Shown here: positions 41,259 to 56,998 of the stretch, piece by piece | How the letters are laid out: each line of letters starts with the position of its first letter | How positions within the stretch are numbered: position 1 is the stretch's first letter | Assembly (NCBI RefSeq): GCF_000181795.1 | Contig: NW_003526944.1 | Coordinates: 3,308,410 to 3,372,409 of the forward strand | Source of the DNA: Trichinella spiralis | Lineage: Eukaryota | Length of the DNA stretch: 64,000 nucleotides | Direction: 5' to 3' | The notes under the pieces: generated by a model | The model's input: only the letters and a program-made list of their open reading frames with translations | What the model was told of the DNA's origin: nothing | The model's database searches: none | Program-made: the position numbers and the translations under genes

Positions 41259-44200
41259 TTATTTCTTTCATTTTCTTAGAACAAGATAATGGCAGGAGAA
41301 AAATTTAATTATTTTATGAAATTTTGGCTTATCCAATTTTTCCTGAAATCAATATTTGTCTGCATATGTTGAAGCGGTTTTCACTTGTAACTTTGTTGAA
41401 ATGTTATTGACGACTTCACAACATATGTCTTGCAATTTATCCGTCATTTAATCAATTGAGATGCAAATGTTGCACAAAAAGATGATTTTATTACATTTTT
41501 TGAAATTAGTTTATTTTTATCTAACATTTATTTGTTCATTTTTTGTGACATCTTCATGTTAAAAATAATCTCGTTATTGATATTTGTAAAATTGTAATGC
41601 AAAAATTTCCAACTCAACTCAAGTGATCACCGCTCACATGGTAAAGAATTAATTATTACAAATCAGTGGAAAGGTCGTGCTGCGTTTTCATTCATCTTTG
41701 ATTAAAATTGCAATTTTCCAGCTCTTCTAAATTTGTGGCATTTTACTGAAACAGGATATGCAAAATATTCTAATTATAACTAGTTCTGATGAAATTTAAA
41801 TAATCACGTTCATCTTTACAATTTCATGCAGCTATGTCTTCATCTCATGGGAATTGTTGCAACTCTCTTCATTTCATAATGATTATGATGTAATTTGTTG
41901 ATTGACATTTTATTTACAAAATAAATGCACGATGCTATTTTTTCACTTATTTAAATGGTACATTTATTTTTAAATTAAAAAGTATATATCTAATGTTATT
42001 ATTATCATCGTTACTAACATAAAATGTTACTGCAGACTTAGAATATTTGGCAAAAAATAGTTTTAAACTTTTTCTGTTTTCAACATAAATATAAAATTGT
42101 AATTTTAGCCGATCAAAATGGGTACTTTTGTTGGAGTATTCATGCCATGCATTCAGAATATTTTTGGCGTCCTGTTTTTCATACGACTCGCGTGGATAGT
42201 TGGAACGGCTGGAGTTCTTCAAGGATTTCTTATCACTTTTATTTGTTGTCTTGTGGTATATTTAGTTAGATAGAAAAAAAATTGGACTTGAAATTTACAT
42301 TTTTATTTATCAATTTCTTTCAGACATTCACCACTTGCATATCGCTCAGTGCAATTGCAACCAATGGCATGGTTCCTGCAGGAGGACCGTATTACATGAT
42401 ATCGAGAAACTTAGGTCCAGAACTCGGTGGTGCTGTGGGAATTTTATTCTATTTTGCATCTACAATTGCTGCGTCAATGTATTTATTGGGTATACTTGTT
42501 AGAAATAAAATTCTTTCTTGTATCCGTTGTACATGTATTATATTTTTAGGTTCTGCCGAGATTTTTCTGGTATGCTGATCAGTATCTGTTTAGATTGCTT
42601 TGATTTAAAATTTTAAATAACTATTAATTGCATTGTTTTTTTTTCCAGCTTTACACAGTTCCTCAGGCGAAAATTTTTGATGACATTTACAACTGCTATC
42701 GTTTAATTGGTACGCTGTTGCTTGCCATTGTATCATGCATCGTTCTTGCTGGCGTCGGTGTGGTCAACAGATTTGCGTTGCCAACCATTGCTCTTGTCAA
42801 CGGTTGCATTTTGCTGACATTCATCGGCTTTTTCATCAACATCAATGGATCAGACTCACTGAAGTAAACTATCAAGGTTACTCTAAGATATTATTGAAAT
42901 TCAGCCTTTTTGTCTTCATTTGAATTTAAATTTCATTTTTCATTAGCACTCTTTTTACACTCATTGGTAATTGCTTTTGTATTTGTAAAAGTTTAAATGG
43001 TAATTACTCTGTGAAAACATTTTGTCGACATACGATCAACCTTCAAATTATTCCACTAATTATCTATCTATTTTGCAGATGATTTGCATGCATTTTTATT
43101 TATATCAAATGACACGGAAAACTTAGTTATTCCCACGAACAATGTTCTAGATTTTGCATGGTCGGTGATCGTATACCAAATCTGCAACATTGGATTGACA
43201 ACAATCCTGGCCATTATTTGTCATGCAATGAAACAGATTTGAGGCATTTGTTCTGTGCAAATGTTACTGAAACTGGCAGCTGTGATCCGTATTTTCTCAA
43301 ATCAGCTAATGAAGGAACAATAAAAGAAATGAATGCTATCACGGGCGCTACTAGCGGAATAATCTTGGGTAAGGAAAAGACAAGCTTTACTCTTTACTGA
43401 TAATAAGAAGAATAATAATTCATCGAATATCAATTGCAGACAATTTATTTTCCAAATATCTTGACACAAATGACTTCATCCAAAGCAACGATTCCAAGAT
43501 GACTAATAATGAATATGAAGAAATACCTGACACTTATGTAGTCGCTGATATGGCATCGAGTTTTACAATACTGATTGGAGTGTTTTTCCCTTCAGTTACA
43601 GGTGAAAATTCAAAAGTGAAAACAAAAGAATCAATAAATTAACAACAAATATTTCATATGGATGGTAGAATTGTACAATTTTTTGTTTTATATGAAAATG
43701 TGCTCGAGAAATTTTGAATTATTATTATTTGAAAAAGTTTTTCAGGCATAATGCAAGGATCGAATCGATCAGGAAATCTAAGAGACGCATCCAGATCCAT
43801 TCCTGTTGGGACTCTAGCTGCACAAATAATCACATCCATTGCTTGTGAGTGATAAACTTTATTTTAAAATTATTAAAGATTTGTTAAAATCAGTGAGAAA
43901 TTTGCCTTTGAAGATTTACTCGGTGTGCTGTGTTTTGGTGCTTCGATGAATGGCATGTTTTTGCGTGACAAATTCGGTGCCGGAGCTTATGGACGTTTGG
44001 CAGCTGCTGAACTTGCGGTGCCCCATCCAATGGTGATTGTAATTGGTTCTTTCATTGCCAGTGCTGGAGCGGGTATGCAATGCTTGACAGGTATTAATAG
44101 CAAGCTGATCTTTTTTTTTATAAGTTGACAGTATATATACATATTTTTTGTATTTTATCTTTGCTTACTGAATTCAGGTGCCCCAAGGCTTCTTCAAGCC

Positions 44201-46979
44201 ATTGCGTTGGACGGAGTGATACCAATGTTGCATTACTTTCAAAAGTCTACAAAACGTGGAGAACCGTTGAGAGCTATTTTTGTCAGCATTGCCATCTGTG
44301 AGCTATTCATTTTGATCGCATTTTTGGAAAGTATAACTGCTTTAATTAGCCAGTAAGTCTTTTTTGATTTTATCACTACATATTTATAGTTTCTTTTTCA
44401 ATACAATTATTTTATTATTATTGTTTGCATGTATACGTTTGTTTTTTATTAAGATTTTTTCTCATGTGCTACTTGAGCGTTAATGCTGCTTGTGTTTTGC
44501 AAAGCGTGCTTAAAGCACCAAGCTGGAGACCTCGTTTTCGCTTTTATCATTGGTAATATTTCTGATTTGATTCCTTTTTTTTAAATTCATTTTCTTATGT
44601 TATATTTTTATTACAGGTCATTATCCATGTTTGGTGCTGGTCTTTGCGTTGCCGTGATGTTCATGAGTCACTGGATATTTGCGTGTGTGGCTATAATTAT
44701 TGGAATGATTGCTTATAAATACATCGAATACAGAGGGTGAAATGGCGTTGTCCATTGCCTTGTGAACATTGTTTATTGTTTGTTTGCCTGTTGTAGAGCG
44801 GAAAAAGAATGGGGCGATGGTATTCGAGGCTTACGTCTTGCAGCTGCTTCATATGCGTTAACAAATCTTGAAGAAGGCCCAGTACATACAAAAAATTGGA
44901 GGTGATTGTTTGTGGTCATTATTGTTTTAGAAATTCAAAACATGAATGAAATACAAATTTATTATTTTTCCATTTGCTGTAATATAGTTCAAGTATATTT
45001 GAAATCAAGAAACAAACTGTTTATTGTACTCTGATCATATACTTGAAATTTTTAGACCTCAGCTTCTCGTTTTATGCACAGTTTCTAGCGACCGTACCAG
45101 TATAGAAAATGAACAAATAGTTGCATTTGCTAGCCAACTGAAAGCAGGTAATATTTTCAGTTTCACCGGCTGATGTTATTTTTATCTTCTGCATCTGATT
45201 AGTAATTATTCTTCTTTTCTTTTCAGGCAAAGGATTAACTGTTTTAGCTAGTGTTTTAAATGGAAAATTTTTAAACATGCTGTCTGAAGTTGCAGCCACG
45301 AAAATGGTAATATGCATTGTTTATGGTTTCTTTTGCACAAGTTGCATATATTTTAATAACGAGGTTAACCAACAAACAAAAAAACAAATATTAGATTATG
45401 AAAGAAGTTTGCAGAAGAATGAAAATCAGGGGATTTTGTGAAGTTCTTGTTGCTGGCGACATTACAGAAGGCATGAGTGCACTGTAAGCAGTAATAAAAG
45501 AAAATTTCTTTGCCCGACTGATTTATTTTTTATTAGGGTGCAAACATCCGGTCTTGGCGGTTTAAAGCACAACACTGTTATTATGTCATGGCCGCAGAAA
45601 TGGAGGAATGGAAATTTTGAAGCAGTAAAATTTGTTGGTTCGTAACTTTTTTTTATTTTACAAGAAATATATTTATATATACTATTATGTTAATTGAATA
45701 CGATGATGATGATGATTATGATAAAATTTAGAAACAATTCGCTTGACTACTGCTGCCAAATCTGCTTTAGTTGTCATCAAGGATGTGCAGCAATTTCCTA
45801 GCAATAAAGAAAAAGTAAATTTCAATAAAATGTTCTTTATTATTATTATCGAAGTGTGTTTTTCACTTTTTGTCTTGTTCAGATCGTTGGCTGCATGGAT
45901 GTGTGGTGGATTTTACACGACGGTGGGATAATGATACTACTTGCATTTTTGCTGCGTCAAAATCGAGTTTGGCGAAATACAAAATTGAGAATTTTTACCG
46001 TTTGCCAATCAGAAGAAGATTTGGACAAAGTTCGCGAAAGCATGAAAACTTTCATTTATCATCTGAGAATGGACGCGACTGTTGATGTTCTTTGCCTAGT
46101 AATAAGAATCATTATTGTAATACTTGAAATTTTTAATATCATTAAGGATAAAATTGAGCAGATTTCAAATTTCATTTCGTTACCATTACCAGCTGTTGTG
46201 GTTACATGAAGAACTTTTGTTTTTTCCTAGACAAAATATGACATATCAGAATATGCGCATGAATTAACGCTGAAAAGAGAACAACGTCAAAAAATGTTGG
46301 ATCAGCTTGGTCTAACAGATCGCCAGAAAGATATCGATGTAAACCGTAGTTGCAAGCGTTGTAAATAAATGAAAATGATCAATTAATTTCTTTGCACATC
46401 TTTACAGGTGGATAATGCGATTTCAAATTCAACGTCTGGCGCGCAATCCGGTGCAGAATTACCAGTGCAGAATAGAACAAACCTTTTGACATTGGATAAT
46501 CTATTCAAGAAAGATAAAATTGTAATGAATAATAATAAGATTGTTTTTTTTTTACTTTCATTCATTTTGATATTGTTTTTCTACTAAAAAATACAAAAAT
46601 AGAATGAAGGAAATGAAGCTACATCAAATGCAGCGGCAGAGCAGTGTGAAGAGGAAAAATTGCCAATAACTTCTTCACAAACGTACAATATCCGGTGTTT
46701 ACAACGGGCGAAAAAATTGAACGAAGCAATTCAAAGTCGATCTCGAGAATCGGATTTGATCTTTCTCAATCTCCCTGATCCTGGAAAGAATGGTTATGAA
46801 AAATTTTGTAAGTTACTTTTATATATATATCTATTTTTTTCTTTCCAATTACAATTAAGTTTTTTTGCACAAAAATTTTTCCAACAGATATGGAATACAT
46901 CGAAGTTATGACCACTGGCTTGAATAGAGTCGTACTGATAAAAGGTACTGGTAGTGAAGTGGTCACTATCTTTTCATAA
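40143..46979 (+). CDS. K-Cl cotransporter (SLC12A4-7/kcc family), multi-exon
   Basis: Motifs '[19 protein letters not shown]', '[33 protein letters not shown]', '[18 protein letters not shown]', '[10 protein letters not shown]', 'HTKNWRPQ' and '[10 protein letters not shown]'. The C-terminus is '[11 protein letters not shown]'. Confidence 0.94.
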
Positions 46980-47398
46980 ATCTCATAGACACAGCCTATT
47001 TCAACTTAAATCAGTATTCCATTTACTTACAGTTGATTTTGCACCTCATAAAATGTATTATCCTCTTCTCTTCTTTTAAACATCCTATTTGTATTAATTA
47101 GCATATACTCTCTGTTGTCACTATTCTCACTGACATATATCTCTACATATTATGTCTGTTTGTTCAGTATGACAAATATTTATGTTCAATTGGAAAAAAA
47201 TGAGCTGAAACCAAAGCCCAATATCTCTGAACTCAAAAATAATCCCAACTTTTTTCTTTAATCTGAAATTACATTTTATCTGTTGGTTGATAAAGCTATT
47301 AGTTGACATGGATGCCACAAATGTATAGAAAGAAGAAGAAGAAGAAGAAAGATCTCATTATTAGTACAATAATGATGATGATGATAATAATAATTAAA

Positions 47399-49163
<1,765 letters not shown>

Positions 49164-51860
49164 CTTCAGAAATCTGCAACAATGATAAGCTTTGATAGCT
49201 TGCAAACTTGAAAGGCAAAATGAATCGATAAAAAATGACAAAAATTACAAATTAAATATGCTAATTTTTAATTTTTACATCAGTTCAAAATAGACGAATG
49301 AATAATTAATTATTTGAAAATACTGCCATTCAACTAACAAAAACTGTCAAATTCATTTAAAATTGCAAAAAATCAGTTTTACAAATTTACTCACATTAAT
49401 AAAAATTGAAATAAGCTAGCTGTCTTTCAGTTAAATAAAAAATGAATAGAAATTACGTTGAATGCTTCCTTATAATTTGCAAAGAAAAAACAAGTACCAA
49501 ACGGTATTTACAGTATACGTTTCTCATGTTTACTTAAGTAAATGAAGTTTAAGTGAAACAAATGAAATGCAATTTTACGTAAACTGAGCACTAAAGAGGT
49601 GCTATAATTGTCTGTTTGCTTTTTTGAAGCATACTCAACAATCATATAATAAAATAATTTATAGCTTAGTTATATAAAGAAACCCAACAGCTCGAGCGCA
49701 GATCCTGCTTCAATTGGTTGAATCTCATGCGTTGAAAATGTCTTTTTAATTTGATTTCGACCTACTACTTGCTTCTATTATAGCTTACTCGTCTTTGACG
49801 ATTTCCTTATTTCTCTAATTTCATTATTCTCATTGTCTCATTACTCATTCTCCTGGATATGGCATCTTCTATATTCCTAAGATAATGTAATTTAATATAT
49901 AAAAATACCCAATTTTGAATACAAATGAAGAATCTATGTGACTGAATAAATGACTGAAATGACGTCGTAAAATGTAAATATTTCGAATGTTTTAGAAGAA
50001 TGTCATTCTGAAATTTTAGTTTTTGTTATTATAGTAGGTGAAATTGAAAATCATTATTCAATGTTATCATTTCTGTCAAAGGTGACATAATAATAAAATG
50101 ACAGACAAACAAACAAATAAAACTGAAAGATGCAAAAATTATTATGAAAAAACAGAAGTTATTCACCATGTGGCTTGTTTCGTCATTTGTCATATATTAT
50201 TGTTTACTGTCATCATACATTTTCATGGATGTAAACGCAAAAATTTAATTTGTAATGCTACAAAAATCAGTTCTAAAAATTACCACGCAGTCAATAAAAA
50301 GGAATAAAAATGGTGGAAATAAAATAAACAATCAAAATAGGTTATTAAGGCACAATTGTATGAGGAAAAATATAACAAAAAGTGCGAGCTGAAATTTTAA
50401 TGCAACAATATCTACATCCTCTGTTCCACATAACTCCACAAGCATTTATTTATTTGTAAGTTTGCATAACTTCTGGGAAGAGTTTACAATAATGCATTCA
50501 AATATAAAATAGCTCACGTAAAAATATGTAAAAATTATTTTAAAATCGTTCGTCTCAACTCTTCGTTGTGCATTAACTAAGACAAAGAAAATTAATGTAA
50601 TAGATGTTATCTATGTTATACTGTAATTAAAACTTGCTCATCATACTGTTATCGAATGCTGTTCCATTGAAATGTACATTTCTGTAAATCGAACAAAATG
50701 TTACGTGAGATTTAGATTATTGGAAAATTGAATTGAATCTGCTAGCTTTTACGCTAATTCCAAAAAATTAAGTACGTGTGTTTTCCTGACAGTTACTTAT
50801 GTGCTTTGATTGCACTGTTTAGAATTAGTTTTTGAATTTTTTGACTTTTTTATGATATTGCACTTTTTTGTCCAGTTTTTATCATATTGTTGATGTTTTG
50901 AGTGTTTATATTTTCAAAGCATAATGTTTATTAACATTCATTTTCCTGGTACACATTTTTTTGCAATTATTCATGAAACTAGGTGATGTTCTCTTGTATT
51001 CTTAGTGTGGTTGTGATCAATTTTGCTGTTAATGCTTTAGCTGGCAACGTTTTGAAGTATTTATTTTTCTGTTGTCATTCTTGTTTTGATCTTGATTTTG
51101 AACGAAGTAGTGCAAGATGTGTTTTTTATTTATGAACTTTAGTTTTGTATGAGAATTGCAGTTATTTCTTGGAAAATACCATTTTTATCACGTTTCCTAG
51201 GTTACGTATTTTGTTTTGAAGCTTATTTTTGTGCTGTAGACTAGCCGTAAGCTTGATCACCTTCAACTTAGCTGTATATAAAGCATTCATATTATCATCA
51301 GTGGATAAATGCTGAACTGTTTGAATTCGATGTGATTTTGTTGTCGTTGTGCAGCCTGCACAATCAGACATTTTTTCATGCTTGTGTATTACGAAATTTA
51401 TTTTTTTGCAACAGTAAACCGTGTGTAATTAGTTTTTTCTTTTTGTACTTTAATTTTATATTCAATTTTCCAATTGGATTCCATTTTATGTTCAAATATT
51501 TTAATTTCCCGATGAAATTTTTAATTTTAGTTCAGCGTTGTCGATGATAGCAATTATTTTTTGTCATTGAATTCGGAAATAAATTGTAAAATGTCATTGT
51601 AAAAGCGGTCATCGGATTTGTAAAGTTTATTTTTTTTGTATTTTCAAATTTACTTTTGTTCCCAAAATATGTTGTTATTATTTTTTTTGAATGCATTGTT
51701 TATAATCCTGTGGTGAGAGATAGTTTATGAAAATGTATTATCTCTTTATTTATTTATAAACGTTTTCTTTTCTGTTCAGTGAGTGATTTGTGAAATTGGA
51801 GTGAAAATTGAAGATCTGTGTGGCTCCATGAAATTGGTTAGTACGTAATGGAGAATAGGC

Positions 51861-53921
51861 ATGGCTTTGACCAATGACAGCTCGGGCGCCGGATGCATTG
51901 ATAACGCCGCTAAAGAAGAGTCGATCAAATCGCAATTTATTACCCGTGAAGGCACCTACAAGCTGATGACGTTGTCCGAATATTCAAGACCTAGTCGCAT
52001 GCCGTTGAATACAACTCAAGGGAACAATGTAGCCGGCAGCGCTGTTGTGCACGTTTCTTTCATTACACTCGACAACGGCAGCAGCAATGGCAGCAGTAGC
52101 AACGACGACTGTGAGGATTGTAAAGAGAAGATATGCTTCAACGTTGGCCGTGAATTGTACGTATACAATTATGCCGGTGTAGCTAAGGTAAGTTGTGATT
52201 TGTTTTTATCCAACATGCTATTAATGAAAATAATTGAATTGGAATTTGGAACGATACGTTTAGGCGGCAGATTTGAGTAGACCGATTGATAAACGCGTTT
52301 ACAAGGGCACATATCCAACATGCCACGATTTCGACCAGACCTGCACGTCGACCGACAACTGCGAACTGTTGGTCGGCTTTTCGGCCGGCCAAATTCAGCT
52401 AATTAATCCTTTCAAAAAGGACAGCCAAGTGGTGAATAAGCTGTTCAACGAGGACAGACTGATCGACAAGAGTCGAGTGACTTGTCTGAAATGGATCCCC
52501 GGCGCGCAGCAGCACTTTCTCGCCTCGCACACCAGCGGCTTCTTGTACGTCTACAATGTGGAACTGGGCGCCGGCGGTTCGTTGCCCGCTTATCAGCTTT
52601 TCAAACAGGGCGACGGATTCGCCGTGCACACTTGCAAGACCAAGTCTTCGAGAAATCCCGTCTACAGATGGACAGTGGGCGAAGGCGCGGTCAATGAATT
52701 TGCATTTTCACCCGACGGTCACTGTTTGGCTGTGGTGAGTGATTGTTTCACTCGTGTCCAGCGTTCCAATAAATCAATTGGTTTCATGTTTATTTTCAGG
52801 TCAGCGAAGATGGCTATTTGCGAGTTTTCGATTATCATTCGATGGAATTGCAAGGCGTAATGCGAAGCTATTTTGGCGGACTGCTCTGCGTTGCTTGGTC
52901 ACCGGATGCCAAGTACATCGTCACCGGCGGCGAGGACGACCTCGTTACCGTCTACAGCGTGTTGGAAAAGCGGACCGTATGCCGCGGCCAGGGTCACCGT
53001 TCCTGGGTATCCAAGGTGGCGTTCGACCCGTATACCAGTCAAGTATTCTGTTCGGCGGACAGTGTGCTGCGCTTGGATTCGGAAGAAGACCTGCGTGCAG
53101 TGAACCACTGCATCTCCAGAGGGTGCTCTTTTCGTGGCAGCGTGGGCGGGGCGTCGTCGAACCGCTTTGACAAGGATTCCGTGAGCAGCGTCAGTTCGTT
53201 GTGCAGCGTCACTTACCGTTTCGGATCGGTCGGCCACGACACCCTGCTCTGCCTTTGGGATCTTAGCGAAGATGATCTCAAAGCGCCGACGCAGCTCGCC
53301 AGGCTGCGCAACAGTGTGGTTTTGCACCATTCGCCGGCAATGTTGGGTCGGTCGGCGTCGACCGGCGCCGACCGTGCCACGGGTAATAAAAAGGTTGTGA
53401 ACTCGGAAAAGGGCGGCTCTTCTGGCAGTGTTTTCACGGAAAAAGCGTCGAAAAAGCAGTCGACCACCGACAGTGCTAACAGCGGTTCCAAGAACAAAAA
53501 GCTGCTGATCAATTTGACAGGGAAGTGCGTGGAAAAGGGAGTGCCAATTTTGAATACGGTCAAAACGAACTGTGCATTTGCCAACGCTGCGGAACATCAC
53601 CACCACCAGCAGCAACAGCAACAACAACAACAACAGCACAATGACCACCACCACCACATCAACAGTGCAACGTCAGCAGTTCTTGGCAGCCCAATTTGCC
53701 CGTATATTCAAGATGTACCGATTATACAACCGTTGATTAGCAAGAAAATTGCCCACGAACGACTGTCGGTGCTCGTTTTCCGCGAGGATAGCATTGTCAC
53801 TGCCTGCCAAGAAGGCTTTGTCTGTACCTGGGCAAGACCGGGTCGGTCGGCTCAGCCGAATTTCAATTCCCCCAAACAGACCACTAGCCCGAGCCTGTTG
53901 ACCAGCGGGACGATTGTTTAG
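51861..53921 (+). CDS. WDR20: WD-repeat protein 20 / DMWD family, three exons
   Basis: '[17 protein letters not shown]', '[12 protein letters not shown]', '[17 protein letters not shown]', '[14 protein letters not shown]', '[15 protein letters not shown]' and '[24 protein letters not shown]'. Confidence 0.95.
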
Positions 53922-54046
53922 AAATGGAATGAATTTGTACTTGAATAATTTGCCCAACTTGCTCGTTTTGGTTACTTTAAAGAAACACACAAATAAATAA
54001 ATAACCCTTTTTTGTTATTTTCATAGCTGCGTGGTATGTAAAATTT

Positions 54047-54079
<33 letters not shown>

Positions 54080-55394
54080 TGTTTCTACTGCTTTATGTTT
54101 AGTAATGAAAAGCACTACAGTATGGCAGCATTGCACTAGTGTAAAAGAGATGAGGATTTTCAAGAAGAATTTTTCACAAATTGATACTTTTTGGTAAAAT
54201 GTTTTTTCTTATGTTTATGTTTTACGAATTGAAATGTGTTTTTTTTGATCAAGCAAAATTTACATCAATGACATTAGTTTTTGACTTTTAAATCGAAACC
54301 ATGAACTATACTGTATAATACTGTGAAGTGTGTGTGCTTGTAATGAACAATGTTAATTTTGTAATGAAACGCATTAGTATTGATTGATAGATGAAAACGT
54401 TTGATGATGATGATGAAGACAACAACGAACTGCGACAAAATATCACTGGTGCAATGTTTTAAATATACAGACGCGCATGCATCACACAACAAACCAACTT
54501 TCAACATTTCAAAATTTCAACATTCATCATCATGAATTGCAAAATTGAATTTTTTTTCGAAATCGAAACGTGTTACATGGCGGCTTAACCGGTTAGTATA
54601 TTATTTTTCCATTTTCAAATAATTTGAGAGTGTGAAATGGATGTTACGAATTTTTTTCTGTTCTGTAAATGTTTAAAATGTCGAATGAAGCCGAATTTTT
54701 CACGTTATTTTTTTCACTTGGACGTCATTGAGCAACAGATTAAGTTAACTGTGACGCCGGAAGGAAAACTAAGCGTTTGTGTCCAGAATGTGTGCTGAGT
54801 AGACTTAAAAAAAGTTAATGGAAGAAACTTAGTTTATGATCAGTGAAATAATGAATATTTAAAACATTTATTTCATCATTTCAAATCGACTATGTTGTCG
54901 TACTACTTTTCAAATCAGTTCAGTAAGCCGTACTGATAAATGTATCTCTTTTTATGATATCTTGCGTTGCTTTTTAATACTTAGATTACATACTGTCGAC
55001 ATTTGATTGTTTTTTAATGGAAATTATTCAAATATTATTGTCTAGTTGGAGAGATTATAAATGGCATTGATTAAATGTTATAATAATAAAAATCTAATAG
55101 AAAGCATAATGAAAATTTTCCTCAAGAGGTGTAAGCGTGTAAAGTATCCACGTTTGATAATTTGTTTCACATTGAAAATGTGAAAAATGCACAACTTAGA
55201 ACAACTTTCAGAGCGTCAGTTTGAGCTGCGTTTTCACTAGCAGCTGTTGGTTGTGTGACGACAAAATATGCTCGCCTTTGAAGAGATCAACTGTTCAACT
55301 GCTGCCAGCCAGACGATGGTGTTTTCAAAAGTGGTGTATCAAAGCATTCGTCGTCTAATAGCAAAAATTCTGCTGCAATCCGTTCTGACACGCT

Positions 55395-56952
55395 ATGCTT
55401 TCGGAAGAAGAAGCTCGCCTGAAAATTATACAGCAGCCGAAAAAATTTTGCCGCTTCATTGCCGGCCGGAATAATAATAATAATGTTCGACAAATTCGCA
55501 GCACGGAAGATGATCTCGTTGAAATCATTGTTCAAGTTGCTCATCAGCATCATGTTCAACCTACTGCAGCTGAAATGGCTAATTGTCAGAGTTTTAGGGG
55601 GAAAATTTACAACGCGACGCATTACTGTTCGTCAAACTGTGCACAGACGACGACGACCAAACGGTGACAATCTACGAAATGAACATGCTCATCAGTGGCA
55701 AGGTGCAGTCAGAAGCTGTTCTGAAAATCATGCCCAGTGAAATTGTGAGGTGATGATCTTCAGCCTGGTATCATTTATGCTTAATTTATGACGTTGAGCA
55801 ATATTTTAAGCTTCAAATTCGGTGTGGTAATAAAATTACCCGAGGATGAAGTCGATGGAAATGAAAGTGAAAATTCTTCCGCCACAGGTAACTGTGAATT
55901 GCGCTTAGTTGGATTGATGCTAGCTATGTTTATGAAGTTAATGTAGGAAAGAAATACAATTATTACAGCACAGATAGCATAAATCACAAAATCTACAGTG
56001 TGCGTGTCAAACTGTGGGCCCAGTTTTTATCAGGCGACGGTGAAATCGCCGAAACGGCATCTGTTTTTACAAATTCCATTTATAACAAAGGTAATTTTGT
56101 ATTTATTTTTCAAAGCCCGTAAATAATCTCGAGAAATATTTTGTAATTTATGATTTGTTGTTTTTCAAATAAAACTTAAATTTTTGATACAGTAAGGTTT
56201 TTGTAAATCAAGTATAATTGTATTAAAAAATTGTTTTTCGACATAGATTGCATAAAAGAAGATTGCCTTTTGAACCATTCAAATAGACACTTTAGTGGGG
56301 ATGTTTTGGATTTGACTAATGCCCTGAAAGAATTTGCAATGACCAGCGAAGCGGAACCGTTCGTATATGCCTGTTTGCCTTTGCTACGTTACACTGATGA
56401 ATTTGGCAACACGTAAGGAAGTATTGTTTTTTGTAATTTTTGTAATAATTTGGTTGATTTAGCTTGTTACATTTGGCAGTGAGGAACAGACAGCCGTTTG
56501 CTTTACGAGTTGTATTGAAAGTGTTGAATGATTCCCCTGACAAAGCGAACATTCTTAACCATAAGAATTTTCGAAAACAAGTATTCAGAAAATTTCTGGC
56601 GATGACAAAGCTTTCGTATGCTGATTTTTTACATTACAATTTTAGACGGCTTTACATCTGGCAGTACGTTCCGGTGAATCAGACTGCGTGCACTACCTGA
56701 TGGCAGCTGGGGCAAATCGCAGTCTCGTGGATGGCAACGGATGCACAGTGGCGCATTATTTAAGTAGCACATTTAATGAAGATATCTACAGAGACATTCT
56801 TTTTCCACCAACTAACAGCGAGGCGGCAAAATATGAACTTGATTTAAATGCTCTTAATTCAGAAGGTGACTTTTTTCATTCACTTATGGGCTGAAACTAA
56901 AATATTATGTTCATATAAGCTGATAATGACAAAGTTACGTACTGATAATCTC

Positions 56953-56998
<46 letters not shown>

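Noticed and set aside
52899..53657. 252-aa minus-strand ORF, and other overlapping ORFs in this region
   Set aside because: Antisense shadow of the GC-rich WDR20 exon. The poly-Val/Leu start is simply the reverse complement of the His/Gln repeat.
55268..55474. 68-aa ORF as the start of the NF-kB-like gene
   Set aside because: It is in a different frame from the LKIIQQPK exon, which has an in-frame stop just upstream of ATG 55395. No splice linking the two was found. At most it is a uORF.
56091..56246. Possible hidden IPT/dimerization exon of the NF-kB-like gene
   Set aside because: The segment is only 156 nt, very AT-rich and has a normal GT...AG intron form. It is too short to encode an IPT domain.
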